DNA of 64,000 nt, taken from contig NMRA01000265.1 of the NCBI GenBank assembly GCA_002633005.1, forward strand, positions 64,362 through 128,361, written 5' to 3'. Source of the DNA: Phoronis australis. Lineage: Eukaryota; Animalia; Phoronida. The position numbers were made by a program, and so were the translations under genes. The notes beneath the pieces are model-generated. The model was not told the origin of the DNA. It ran no database searches and saw nothing but the letters and a program-made list of their open reading frames with translations. Shown here in pieces: positions 13,601 through 28,600 of this stretch (positions within the stretch are counted from its first letter, which is position 1; every line of letters starts with the position of its first letter).

Positions 13601-16600
13601 GATTTTACCTAAAGTATTTTTTTTTTCTTTGCTCTGGTTTCATTTTACCATTTTTAACCAATGAAGACTTCTTTTCTTTTTTTCTAGTGAGATTCAATGT
13701 ATGAGGAAGAGGAAATAACATTGAGACTACCCGTACATATAACCATTTCTACCAGATCCCAATGGTATGGTAAATAAAAAACCTGAAGAATGTGTACATT
13801 CTTAATGTTTGTAATGACCTTAACTACAATGGCCAAAACCCAAGGTAGCCGTACTTTTCATAATATATACCTGAACAATGACACCTATTGAGGTGTGAAT
13901 ACCTCCTAAGCATGTCAAAAATGTAGCCTAATTTACATACCCGTAACTTCAGTGTAACGACAAACAGTTGATAGAAAGTTCAATCCGGGGTAGGTCAGAC
14001 ATAAATGACAACATAAATTACAGTTTCAGCATAGCCTTGACAGAAGTACAGAAAAAAAAATCACAATTTTCAGACAAAAATAATTGCTACATCCCCTTTT
14101 TATTTTTTCAGTAAGTGCCACAAATACTCACAGATGACAGTTGCAAATACAAATCCGACAAAAACTTTTTTCGTATTTACATCTGTTGAGAAATTCCACA
14201 ACACCAAAGTTCAATATTTGACCAGAGGGCCCACAACAAAGAAAATAAACCAGGAATGCATACAAGACAGAATGAAAAAAGACAGCCTCAAGCTCACCAT
14301 CAGAGCCTGAAGACAAGGAGTCAGGACTAGAATTTTATTTGGAAAAAAGATCACTTTTCTTTTTAATTCCGCTGTACAAACAAACGAAAAATCCTTGCAA
14401 GAAGTCTTTCACAAGAACCTATTTATTCTGACTCAGTTTTATAGCTTCAATAAAATTAGCATAAACATACAAGGAGAAAAGAACATTATCTCCATTAAAT
14501 TAATATATGACCTTTTACAAGACCCAGAGGCGACCTTTGGCAACTTTCAAGATTTACTTTACTCTGCCGTTGTTAACTCCGAAATTCACCATTGTGTAGC
14601 ACCCTAAAGCGATACATTTTACGGGTTTTAGCCATTCAGATTACATAGTCAGTATAATAATATACACAGGAGTGCAGCCTGGGAGCAAACAACCGTTTAA
14701 AGTGCACAATAGGTACTACGTGACAGGCTTCTCATTTTCACCTGTAAACACTGATAGCGAGCCCGACACTGACCAGAGACAGGTAAACATTGAGCCCAAG
14801 ACTGTACTATTGGTTTAACCTTTACCTCAATGGCCAGGGCTGGACAAATTTTATCAATATCCTGCTGACACACAAGTGATCTGTGACATTTAATTGTAAA
14901 CACTGCATCAAAGGGGGAACTGAAATAACTGCGGTCAGTGTGACAAGAACAGACAGACAACCTGAATCATGCTCAAGTCAAGAGTTCTTGAAATTTACCT
15001 CATCTTACTGATAGCAATACTGTGAACTTATGTGGATATTGCTGACCTCAGTGTGTTAAGACAGACTACCAGTTTCACCTCAATTAAGAGTCCTGTGGAT
15101 ACAGGGGCCACCAAAATGCTTCAGTTGTTATCGCTTGAGCTGTGCGTAACTCTATCAAAGTGGACCGTATAGAAAACTTTAATTGATAAGTAAAGGAAAC
15201 TAAATACTGACAACCCATTGCCAATCACTGGAAAAACAACAAATTTACTCACTCTGTACATTGAAAACACATTGTCCGAAATTTGAGAAATACGGTGAAT
15301 GTCAAAATCGCCCTAGACTCAAATTCCGAAATCAAGAAAAATCAATTTTCCCGGAAGTTCCCGAGTCCCATATTCTTGAGACTGTCCCAAATTGAAGAAC
15401 TTTTATCATAGTATCATTCACATTTAGCTTCATATACACTGCCTCTAAAAATAATCTCCATACAATTTTGTCTCCATCACACCGGCCAGTTCCACAATTC
15501 TAGTACTTGCCCTCTGTCACCACAGTGATGTAGTCATTTTGTCAGTTTATCTGCCCTGTGTACTATAGTTTATGCTTTCATGATTAATCCACACACTTCC
15601 TCCAAATAATGTTTCATGGTATTTCCAAATCACGAGAACTCAAGCAGTGGGGTTAATTCATGACCCGTAAAACACGAACCATTACATTCAAATTCAAACA
15701 GCGTTGCACAATTTTCAACTCAGTAACAGGACAATTGGTGAATAAAAATCGTGTCTAGGTCACAAGCTAGCGATGAAATTTTATCTTTTCCTCACAATGA
15801 GCTTTCAACCATTCAACCTCAAGCTTGCCAGAATCTATTTTTAAACAATCGTAAATATCACAAAATGGAAAATAACTGGTCTCACTATAACACGGATTAC
15901 TAGTGCATGACTAAGTAGGAGGGATGGTCCCAGACTAAGATGAGTCTCATGATGTCAGTCAGCAACAGGCCAAGCCAATGACAGTATATGTCCAGTCATA
16001 TATTACCTATAGCTGCTACACTTTACAGAATCTCAGATATTTAGAATAACTGTATAAATTGCCCCATATTATAACCTAAGATAACACAGCAGTAAATTTT
16101 TTTACCAACCTAAACAACAACAATTTGTTTGTACACCATCCTGACACAGGTAGCCAAAGTAACAAAACCTCTTGACACAATAGTTCACAATCCTGACCAA
16201 AGCAATCTAACGGGCAGCTGATAAACCATCACGGCTTGAATAACACAGAACCCAGAGTCTGTTGGTCAAGTTCAGTTCATATTTATTCAATCAAAAGACT
16301 GACACGCAACAGAATGTTACTGAAATACTCACCTGGATTTCAAACTCCTCCATGCACCTTTGAACACACTCCAAAACTTCTGTCGACTTTTCAACAGGGA
16401 ACGACTTGGTCTAGAAAGAAAAACATTGCAGAAAATATAACAATAAAATCAAGAAAACTCAAAGTAAAAAGAAAGTCATTTTGTGTAATCTTTGAATTAC
16501 ATGAATTGGTACAATACGAAAATGATACAACAACATGTTCATCAAAAGAAATTACTTTATGAAATTTGCGTTTTCCAACATTCAGACATAATCCCAAAAG

Positions 16601-19600
16601 CATTTTTCCCCAGCCCGAAATCCCTGACAATGACACAGAGAGAGAGAGAGAGGCTGCTTTACAGGCAACACTGGTAAGATAATCATCAATACATCAGGTG
16701 CTGGTGGTGAATGAGTAATGCCAGGTAATAAGGGAAATCACCAGGTACAAAGCAGGTGTAAACTAACAAATGACATGGCAAGAACAGGGCATATCAACAG
16801 GTGAAGGCACTGGAAGGGTTTTACCAGGTAAATTACAGGCTTTGTCATATCGTGACCAATAAAATTCAACCAGGGAATGTTGAGACACAAAAGGTCTAGA
16901 CAAACGAAATTAGTAACACCCCCTGATGTCATGTACCAACATATCCAATGTGATTAAAAAAATAATCAATATTAACAGGAAAAAATAACCTACATCTATA
17001 GTTTTCTGTCAGTGTACTTAAACCCCATCACTACCATCACACCAAATGCCCTGTAAACAAACGCCCAACACAGAACACAAAAGACCCACCCTCACTTTCC
17101 GGTTAGTAACAAAACAATTACTCTGCCATTACTACATAGTTAATTCACCTTTGTCTATCCAGACAGCACAACAACTTTCCTGGCATTCCTGTTTACCAAT
17201 AACCACTGGCCATGTGTTTGTGTGTATTTCTATGGGCCCTATTGAATTAGTTGAATGGGCCATTCTACACACTTGGCATTAGAGGACAACACAAAGGCAT
17301 AATAGTCTCCAACCCAATAACACTGCATGAGCCTACACAAGCAATACAAATACTGGAGTGTAGATACAATAGAAGGCCACCACTGTACAATTGACTTGTT
17401 TATACTGGGGAAAACAAGCATATTATCCCCAACAATATCAGGAATTTGATATCAACAAACAAGTAATCTATATTCACTTGCTCTTTTGACTTAATCTGCT
17501 GATAAAGGTATCCCTTTTGTCTTGGAAAATTGCCCAGTTTTCCAGTATTCAAGTGCACTTTGGTGTCACAATGATTTCCACTGGAACAAACTTTTAACTA
17601 TACAAAACCCTTTCTGCGATATTGTTTACAGGAATTTGGTAATTAGCCATATAAAAGCCATACAGAAGGTACTCCTACATATGGAAATTTTGCTTTTGTG
17701 AAAATTTTGTAAAAGGGTACCATGCAATAGTCGGATATAACGTGCCCACGTTTTGAGAACCAGTTTGATGCCCATTATTCAGTGGAGCAAAGTGGTTCTC
17801 AAAATTTGAGCACGCTATATATGACTATTACCCGGCACCAGAAATGACCTACTTATATCTACAAAACAGTTGCACCATTTTAAACGTCTAGCGCAGCATA
17901 AATATCAGGGAGCGAAATGATTGAGTAAAGATTACAACCAGAAAAATGCGATGATTGTAGGCCAGTTTGGGGGAAAGGTCGTCCCATAAAATAATACACT
18001 TAGAAGGGCACGTATTTTGATCTCTCGGGTGTCAAAATTTGGCGAAGCGAAATTGGTTGTGGCCCAACAACCCATGTTATGTTATCTACACAATGCATCG
18101 TCCCGGATTTCGATTTTACAGCGACATAATCCCAACCCATCATACAAAGGAGAAATCTCTAAGAGGTAACTGATAAAGTTGCAAAGGGAGTGAAACCACA
18201 TACCTTGACTACTTCCTCTGTGTCTTTGCTCATCATCACCTTCAACAGCACTGTTTCTGGTTCTTCTTTTGTCTTTTCTTCGCCAATTAGACTGAAAAGA
18301 AATACCACCCACATTACCACTCACCTTGTATACTAACTTGAACACGAACGGTTGTCTGTACCGACTGCGGAACAAAAACACTTCGCAAGTGACCCATTTC
18401 ACTAACTTTCTCTACTGCAAACCCGATAGAAAAGTATTAATAATTACCTGAATTCTTTGCTATTCTAATAAAAATAAGTAATCTCAAGTATTGCCTCTAG
18501 TCGTTAACAGTCGGATGGAATAGCTCAACCATTTCCGCAGGCAGTACCAAAAACAGCAGCAACTGACTTGACTAACAAAGCCAGCTGCCTCTTCAGTAGC
18601 ACTGAGAAACTGTTGACTGGTGATGTACAAGATTGTGTTTAACTGACCATGAGGCATTTTCAGGTCAGTGAATCCCCAAACAAAAATATGAGGTAAACTG
18701 TACCCTTGCCAAGAATGGATTGTTTTTGTGCTAATACCTGATCATTTTGATACCGAACCATAGACTCGAGGCGTCGGGAGAAATGAACACTATCTACAGT
18801 GTAACGGACACAATGGGAACGAAACCGACAGGACAGATTTTGTTGATGGTTCGTCCAGCGAGAGCCCCGCACAGAGGAAACAAGCAGTTTGTGGACTGTG
18901 CAGGACCAGAGTCAGGGTTCACCATTTGTCAAGTTATGGAACTGTGATATTGAAACAATTCTGAACCCTCAGCAGGTGGAATTGTTCAACTTTGAAAATG
19001 ATGTATTGTCATTATTATGAGGGATTGTTAACATTAACTAATTGTTATTTTTAATGTATTAAAGTATAATGTCAATTGTTAAATTCACTGTGCCACTTCT
19101 ATAAACATCAACAGCAGATGTATGAGAGCTACACTCACCTAAACTACTTTCCTGTGCTTATGGACACTCACAAAACAAAAGACAACTAAATCTCCCACTT
19201 CTAAAATTGTAGATTCACTCTGAGCCCTGAACAGTGAGAATGATTCAGTCACAAACTCAGAGATATGAAGGGGACAAAACTGACCAGACCTCAATAAATT
19301 TGGTGACATAAAAATGCAACACATCTACACTTCGTAAGTATAATGCTGAACAGTAAAGGTCAGTATTACTACTTAATTTATTCACAAGGCACAACAATCA
19401 GTCGATTTAATAAGTGTATTCAGTCATGTGTATCATAACAATGCAGGTTACCTTGGTTGACCCCACAACAAACTACCAGTCAAAGGGTTATGCGGATTTA
19501 CGAATCCTAATACAGTATGAGCATACCTTTCTACAACAAACTGAACTTATATAATGAAACCATGAAAAATTTTGCGAATACATTGGCCAGCAGAAAAGTA

Positions 19601-22600
19601 ACAAATGGTGTTTATCCTGGGATTGTTTAGACTCATTTGGTAATTTGACACTAGCAGTTGCATTGGTTTTGATAAAAAGTAACTTCTGTAACAGAATGGT
19701 AAAGTTTGTAGCCAACGCAAAACCTTGTGAAGATGAAAATCCACACCACAAGTCCTGCAGAATGACTGCACAATAAAATAATTTTTGGAATCACTTCAAC
19801 ATGCTTGCGAGTCAAGGTCACTAACCAGGCATCTAACAGTCACAGCTTTTCTCCACCGTATTTCTTTGAGGAGCACAATTTCATCCGCCATACCCCTCAA
19901 AATCAATATCAAAACTGGGCTCGTGACCACCGCACTTTATTGAAAATTGACCACTCGCTTGGCTCATTTCAACTGATCTTGAAAATTATACTCAACGCAC
20001 ATGGTCAATTTTCCACTACGATTTTGTGTTCAGGGCCCTGTTACTCGCATTCACCTGAGTGAGTAACAGCCAAAATCAAGCCCAACACTGCAGACCAACA
20101 CACCACTATTGCAACAGTTAGCTTACTTTTTCAGTTTTGTCAACCACTGCTCTTTGAGCTCCGACGTAGAAAACGAGGCGACCATGTTTGTCGTTGGCCA
20201 GCCAATGACGAAAGACTTGTCGTTGGTTTTTGACATGTCACTGACATCATCGAGACACTGTTCGTTGATCCACATCTCGCATACCCGTATTCTGTGTTTT
20301 AACTTAAATGTTGTGTTTGATCTGAAAAATCAATAAAGGCAGGTGTGAGAGGGAGACAGTGACCCCAATGATGAACACCTGTACAGGCCAATATCAAGGT
20401 TAATTGATTAAGTGTGTTGTGATAGCGATATCCCTCGTAATGCATTCCATGAATCCTGTTCTGGAACGAACGGAGGTAAAATCTCACCAACTTAGGACAC
20501 AATATGGTGGACACTTGACAGGTGAAATTTTATTTTCTCATTTTTTGTAAATAATAAATAGTGCCACAGTCACGCTTTGCCATATTCAAATTGTGTACCA
20601 TAGCTACCAACCAATATTTTGAAAACGTGACCATTCACAACAGTGCAGGGTTTGGAATGATCATTGACAACAGAAAGAAAATTTTCCAGGTGATGTATCG
20701 TTCCATAAATAAATAGGCTAGTGGGACAGAAGTATTTTATTGTGTTGTGAAATTAACTGAAATGAACGTTTTTGGATGATAAAGTAAAAATAATGATAAA
20801 GACACAAAAAGAGAAAACTGGAAACCAAATAAGAAAAAATCGAAACCACAAAGAAGGAATCTTCTTGTATGAGGAAAATGAAAAAAGCACCATTTTGGCA
20901 ATTATGTTTGTCTGAAATTGGTGAGACTCCTTATTTCCATTACTTATCATATTACTTATGAAAAAATGTCCTGCTTGCCACTCAATTTTATCATGTCACC
21001 ACGCCATAAATCAAACCCTTGCAAAGCCGACCTCACTTTTCAAGTGAACAACCATAGGTTCATGTTGCAAAGCGCAGTGCACCAATGCATGAATAACACT
21101 ACACACTCGCAATGTGAGAATCTAAAGAGATTAATCTGAAGAAATCAAACAGATCACTAAAGTCAACGTGTTCATTCTATCGCGTACGGTAACCGAACGA
21201 TCAGGTGCATTGTTGAAGACACGCAATTCTTGTCGTGAACACCAGTTTACCATCAGTGGGTGCTGTTTTCTCTCTAAAAAACAGTGTCCACTCGAAAAAC
21301 TACAGAATATCTGGAACAAGGCTAATTACTAAACACACACCCACTTCAAAACATGAACGCCAGAGTACACAAGGATGATAATATCTTTAGATCTTCCTGG
21401 TCATAAGTTCAAACATCGTGTTTTTCCATCAAATAGCCGCGATATCAAATATAAACTCTTAACGCCACACTGAGAAGTGATTACCATGCAGCATAACATC
21501 CGTGTGTAAAAAATCTTTATTCTTACCTCTCAGCAGCTCTTTAAAAACAACATAAAACTACATCTTAAATACTATACCACAACAGAAATTAGCACACCAG
21601 TTGACTGACCGCAAGCCTTACACAACTGAATTTGACAACGCGAAAATGAAATCTTTTAGTACCGTAATAAAGAAATTCATCCAAATCTTCAAAACAAAAA
21701 TATACAGGGAGAAAAGTATAGTTTTATACCCATAGCGCCATGCTTATATTATTTGCGCAGTTCACATTTAACCATTCAGTAAGCTTTTGGAAGATACAAA
21801 AATTGCAATTATTTCATTTCCAATTTTGATGAAACCTTATTGTACCATCATTGTTATTTTCAGTACAATCTACATGGTACAGGAGTAACTCAAGTTTGTG
21901 ACAAGAAGCTAGCACAATAAGACAATTGCGACTTACTTTTGTTTTGCTATAAGCAGGATGTCATTAAATAAGAATAGATAGCGGTCCAATTTCTGAAGCC
22001 CCTGTAAGTTGAAGAATTACGAAGTTAAAAAGAATAAAATACATTAAATCACATGACACCAAAACAATGTGTGGCCAGCAGACCATTCATTAGTTCAAGT
22101 TCCAGTATGAACAATCACAGATGACTAAGACTACAACTTGAGCGGACCAGTTTTTTTAAATGAAGCTTAATTTTAAACGAAGGGTTAATAGAATTTCGGC
22201 ATTTGTGAAGTGACCAGATGGGAATGGGAACACAACTGTCACAAATTTTGTGTTGAATTATCAACCAGTAGCCAGCTGCACGAAACATTCCCCTTAATTT
22301 TCAGCTAATTTGTGGACTTGTTGTCGTTTCTTCCACTACCTTATCTACATTGTTTCGTCAAGTTCTAGCTTTTACAGCTATCGAGATCAAACTCTATGAT
22401 AAATTCTTAATGTCACCAAATACTAGGGACCTTTTCATGCAAAACCCCTTATCAAGGACTTAGTTTTCAGATATGTTATTAAAAAGTTACCAGTAAAAGA
22501 GGAACTCATAATGAAAACAAAACCCCAGAAAATATACCATTGTAGAGTAAACAAAGTCTACAATGCCACTGAAAATTTACGGAACACAGCCGAGTCCCTC

Positions 22601-25600
22601 TAGTACAACTGGGCCCCTGACCACAAACTTTACTTGAGACTTGACTAAAAAATTGACCAATCATATTGCGTGAAATCCGAAAAAATCCTCGAGTCTAGAT
22701 TCAACAAAGCTTTGATAGTCATGTGATCTGTCAAGTTGTTAAAGCACCGCCACGAGACGGACAACTACAGAGAAAACGCCTCATTTTTGAAGGTTTTCTT
22801 CAGTTCCAAATGTTCAAAATGTCAGAAAAAAGTGAACATTCAAGTCACAACTTACACCAAACAGAATTACAACAAAGTCATTTATGAAAGTGTTTCCAAG
22901 ATATTAGAAAGCATAAAATTAATCAGTAGCCACTAGTCTGTTTCAAAATCAAGGATGCTACCACAGCGTAGATTATACATTAGATAATCGGTCTGAAATC
23001 AACACAACTGTCACAGAAATCTTCTTGCAAAGGCAATTTCAATTAAATCTCAAGTTATTCAGATAGTCTCACCAAACTTAAATGCACAGCTCCCTCCATG
23101 ATGTATAGTCTGTTGATGTTGTTGTTCACACGCGACAAGCAATTGCTTTCTCCATTTCCGCTGAAAAATCCAGCCCCAGGAAGACCATTACAAAATGCCA
23201 TACACACACGCTACAACTGAATACACTGGTATGAACCACAGCCACTGGTGGGCAGAGACTGAAAGTTGTGCAAAGACACTGAGACTCAATTAAACTACAC
23301 CTTGCTGGCATGAAGGTGTCGAATAGGTTAATGGTATTAGTTCATCCCAACGGCACTGAATTATATTATCAACTTTTGTTGATTTAACTTTTCAACAGGC
23401 AAAATTTTTAATTCGTTTTTCATGCTAATGGAACCACAAAATTAAATGTAAAATTGCGACAGCATGTTTGATAAATTTTAATCAACTTAAGTTCAGATTT
23501 CACTCGTTTTGAAATACGCATGTATCCTTTCAGAAAAAAAAACCGTACCACTTATCTCCTAATTAAGAGTTTGAAATCCAAGTAAACGCAGAAAAAGCTT
23601 GCTTGTGACGATAAGCCTCAAGTCAAATACTTTTACCATTCATATTCGGGTGTAGACGGTCAGATTGCATCTAAAGACATTGATGCTTTTATGAAAAGTG
23701 GCGTCTGACTTGTGTCAGTGACTTTGGAAGAAGCCACGAATCCTATCATAAAATACCATAAGATATCGAATGAATACAATTTGTTCATGTTATGACAAAA
23801 CGAAAACACCAATGCATTTTCCCTAGGACACCATCCTTTATCAGCTGGTATGTGAAACATGTTTTCTGCAAACAATGTAATTAAGGTGCATCATGAAACC
23901 AGAGCCGCAAACTGCAGCGAGAGTGCAGTTGTTAGTGGACACCTGGGCAATGTCTTACCTCACAGCAGCAACTTTAGTACGAGCACTTCCCAGAGATTTT
24001 AACAGAACAGCGCTGGGTGCTGAACGCCTCCGTTGTATGAGCTTGCTTTTCTGAAAAAGAAAATATATGTTTTACAATTAGATGTCCGACAGCGGTCAAA
24101 TGCTTCTCTGAAAAAAAAAGAATAGTTGATCAACATCTCGGAGTTGATAGACATCTGACAATCCCTGCCTAGCAGAGGCTCAATTTTACTTGCATGCATG
24201 CCGAATTTGCAAAAACAAAATTTCCAAAGCCCACATCTTAGAGATCTTGCCTAGCCAACTTACAAGCCGAGGACTAAGATCACAATGTAAAGCGTAGACA
24301 TCCTGTTCATGTACTCCACTGTAGATATGCTCAATAGTCACAGGAGAGGACTTCATCAATACCATATTAAAGTGCAACAACGGATGCGAATAAAACTGGA
24401 AAATCTTAATTTCCAAAGACACTGAAGTGCATTGACCAGGCAATCAACACAGGGACTCCTGTTCAGTCACCAGCTGAAAGATACAACTTCCATACTGCTT
24501 CACGTGAAAGCTACATGTTGTGCGCCACATGTATTTTTGGGTGTCTTTTAAATCGCCTTGGCTAGCGGTGATAATAAGCCAGTCACGTGACCATTGACGT
24601 AGAGACATGTGCTTAATAGATTACAGAGTGGATCTTGAAGTTCACTCAGTATGAGAGACGTAACAGGAATTTACTTATGCAAATTACGAAAACGCATCCG
24701 ATTCACTTGGCGCATAACCACCTAGACACCCTGAGAAAAAATGCAATAATGGGTGTTTGTAAAGAGTGATTTTGCAGGAACAGGGCCAAGTAGGAAGGTT
24801 GATTAGTTATGTAACAGCCTGTTCCATACAGACAACTGATGAGAGTGGGAGTCTATTTTTAACCCCTAACACAAACACAAGCTGCCAACAGCTGGACACT
24901 ACTAGGCTAAACTTAGAATTGGTTTAACTAAATTGAGACTGAAATTGGCAGGTTTTGTCATCACCACCAGTGGAAAACCCAAGTGTATTGGCGTCTAAGA
25001 ACCATGACCCAGCAGTAATAAAATTGTCTGCAAATTTACACAATTTGGCTTTTCTGAAACCCAGACATTTCTCAGACATAAATGTGTTTTATAACTGAGC
25101 ATTAACTCTAATGCTGTTCAGCCTACAGCGATTATTTTCTAAAAAAAACATTTTCTAGGTACCTCGGCTTTACGACGGACAAATTAAGATTTGCGCGGGC
25201 AGCCATATGAACCAGGTGTGCTAATTAAAAATAATTTCACAAACGACGCCACCAATGCCTAATGAAAGGTGCATGGTTATTGTTCAGGACAACGCCTATG
25301 AACAAAAAACTACATAGTTGTGGCTAGTGTATACAGTTTTGCAACAATGAGCGGTTGTGTACTTTTCACACAGTTCATTCAAGTGGATGTCTACGTCTCA
25401 CAGACAATGGACATTCACTCTTCAAAGTTCTTGGATCAGACTGGCGATGCTCTCGAGAAGACCTTGAAGTTGACAAGCGTTTTGTTCACAAATCCGCCAT
25501 GCAGCACTCCACAGGTACTTCATAAGCTGGAACCAACCCTGAGACAATCACGATGCACTTGTGTTCAGTGTCACACTCCACAAACCAAGTTGACCACTTC

Positions 25601-28600
25601 GCCCTGGTGGTCAATGGGCCGGTTCTATTGCAAAGTAGTAACCAGGTTGAAAAGCACTGGCCTACCACAGAAGATGTAAAATCAATATTTACAAAGATTT
25701 TTGCTTGACCAAGGAGGTGCATGTTCAATGAGTGCAAGACCACTCAATGAACATGGACAAAAACAATTCCTACAATGCCAAGGACAAAGTTAACTGTCCT
25801 AACAAGCTGACAAGAAAGTACACATGGAGCCATATACCAGAATACCCAATACATCAAAATAAGAAAACAAATGAAAATATAAAAATTCTTGTGGTTGGCC
25901 TCATCAAAAAAAGTGGATAAAACAACAGGTTCATGAACATCAAGCTGGTGCAGAGACAAGTTTTTGCCATTCGATACTTTGTACAATACAAAAAATAAAA
26001 CAGCCACACGGTGGCAAACGTAAACAGGAATTTTCCACATTGAGTTGGTAAACCACAAATGATAGATATCTCCCACAAACACGTTTCTGTGTGAACATGG
26101 CGTTCTATCTGCAAGTGGGTAACAGTGCATGCCCCCTTCCCATCTGTCTCACTGTTATTGAACGAGACGTTTTCCAGCACAAGCCATAAAAGTGCACGTG
26201 AATATCATTCCCAGCAGCAAAAGTACATAACAGACAGAAATCTCCTTTGGCTTGGAGATAGGAAATGTTGGGCTGCTTCTAAGAATCGAAAAATATCGCA
26301 TTACCACGAATAATTCTTAAGTTTATCCAACTTTCTGCCATCAAAGTTGCGGCCCACAGCACAACAATAAAACTGCTGCCATTGGAATGTGAAGTACAGC
26401 TAATACATTTGAGAAAAAATTGAAGAAAACAAGACACCAGCAAATATCATGAGAAATTCCAATGGCGCAAGAACGACTGCTTGAGGGACTTTGCAGGTAG
26501 GTAAATGTCGCAAGACTCAAGTGCACCTATGTAATCAGGAATTGTCCTTCGATTCTGAGCACATTTATCACAGATCTACAGATTCAACACGTATAAACAC
26601 AATATTCCCGTGAAAGACACAGGTACGCATTAGGACCATGAAACGACCATGTTCTTATACACGGCTATTTACAATGCACTCCATACAAAGATCCATTCTT
26701 CAAAACTTCAAGACATGAAAGATGACAGAAGGAAATGTCTGCTAAGATTGCATCATACTCATTCTATACCTGAAATTATTTCTTTACACTCCAGTGCAAA
26801 AGGTAACCATCTTAAAAATTGGTAAGAGAGTTCTGCTCTTAAGCCATCTGCAGTACCACAAAAGCAAGAGAACACGAAAACAAGGAAACAAAAGAACAGA
26901 TTATTTGCTCAGAGATCCAGCCTTATTGTTGCAAAACCCATATGGAGGTGACCAATGTAAAAACAAGGATATAATACCTCAACCACAACCAAGTTATGCA
27001 AACACTCTGCAGAAATATGATGGTAATGCTATTTGTGCCGAGTCCTGACGTCAATAATAGCTTATTTTATAACAACACACGCTTAATCCACAAAAACAAT
27101 TGCAGAGGAAGAATGCCATAAAGGCAACAAAAACAAGCCAGGTAACCGGTGAATAACCTTAACTAAGGCATTTTCCTCATTTTCCACCTAGTGATGAACA
27201 GTGTTGTCAGGAAAAGAACACGCTTTTCACACATGTCAATTACATAGATAACTATGCTTGGTTATACAATGTGACACCATGGACCTAAAAATTGTTGGTA
27301 ACCAGTGCCAGGTTGCATGAAGCAGTCCTAAATAAGGACTCCACTAAGTTCCCTAAATCTTTTTGGTATTCGTTTCGTTATTTAGAAACAAATGTAATAT
27401 TTTTTCTATCACTTTATATTTATTGTGAGCTCTTGTTTGACAAATGAAATTTTATTAACATAACTAAAAACTAAGCCAGAGATGTTATACCCAGCCTTTG
27501 AGACTGGCAGAATCAGTTGCATCAGTCCTTCGTGTATTAGATGCAACTATGAACTTCTGACATGTTTGAAAAACCTTGTCCCATCGTGGATATTGCTGGT
27601 TACGAACCTCACAATGAAATGTACTAGCTGAACAGGAACTTAAATTGATACAAAAGGAGACTGTGAAATGTTAAGTGACCCCTAGCCTAAGCAGAAGTGC
27701 CCCTGGCATTTAGTCCCTTGCATTGTGTTTAGGTTATTGTGTGCGAAATTGGGATCAGGGAAATACTACCTGAGAAGTTTTGCACCCAGTGGGAAATTAA
27801 AATTTCCTACAGTCATTAAAAAAGTCATGGAGGGAATATTTGAAAGATAATTTGTTTCATAAAAGGCACAAAGCACCGGACCCTGTTTCAAATTCTTAAC
27901 ATAAGAATGAAAAATGGTTACCCTTCTTCAATTTTGCACAAAGTAAAAACAAAAATGGAATCTTTGGACAAAAAAATTAACAATGTTGAAATTGGTTGAA
28001 TGCTAAAACATTACCCAGGTGATTGCTATCTGAAAGCTGCGCAGTAAAAACTTCATTGATTTTTATTTACAAGACTCAGGAAATAAAATTTAATTTGTGA
28101 ATCAAATTGCGTGCGGAATATAAAATGCCTCTCACGTTTATTCAGTATGCCTGAGTGCTCAGACAGTAGCCGACAGCCATAAAGCAATGACACTTAACTT
28201 ACCATTTTGCTGTCTTTTTCCCTCAGCTGCAGGTCATCATTAGGGAAGAGGTCCTGTACTCTCTCTACCTTGTAGTCGTTATCCACAGCATTGGCCTCAC
28301 CTTCTCGATCCTTCACCATCTGTCAAGAGTAAATATTGTACGCGATACAGAATCACATTCTGATGGCCAAGGACAGATGCACCAGCACAATGGAAATGGA
28401 TGCAAAATCATCTTAGAAACTTAATACAAATGAAGCAGATCGATGGTTAGTGATGTCAATACAATGCCACCCTATCAACAGCAAAGGGGTGCACTGTACT
28501 GAGCAAAGGGGTGCACTATACTGAGCAAAGGGGTGCACTACAGAGTAATTTTTTGTACAGTAAAATGCTATCACATGAGACCATGCAAAATCGAGACTCC

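Noticed and set aside
18325-18402. Strong donor AAG|gtgagt just upstream of the 18291 exon
   Set aside because: It would leave only a ~35-nt intron, and I found no acceptor giving a compatible open phase.
25320-26313. Cluster of overlapping 60-128 aa ORFs on both strands
   Set aside because: No transposase or reverse-transcriptase motifs, no phase-compatible splice pair found; the gene model is complete without them.
28480-28540. Short direct repeats considered as a CRISPR-like array
   Set aside because: Head-to-tail with no unique spacers, no cas genes, and a eukaryotic intron context.
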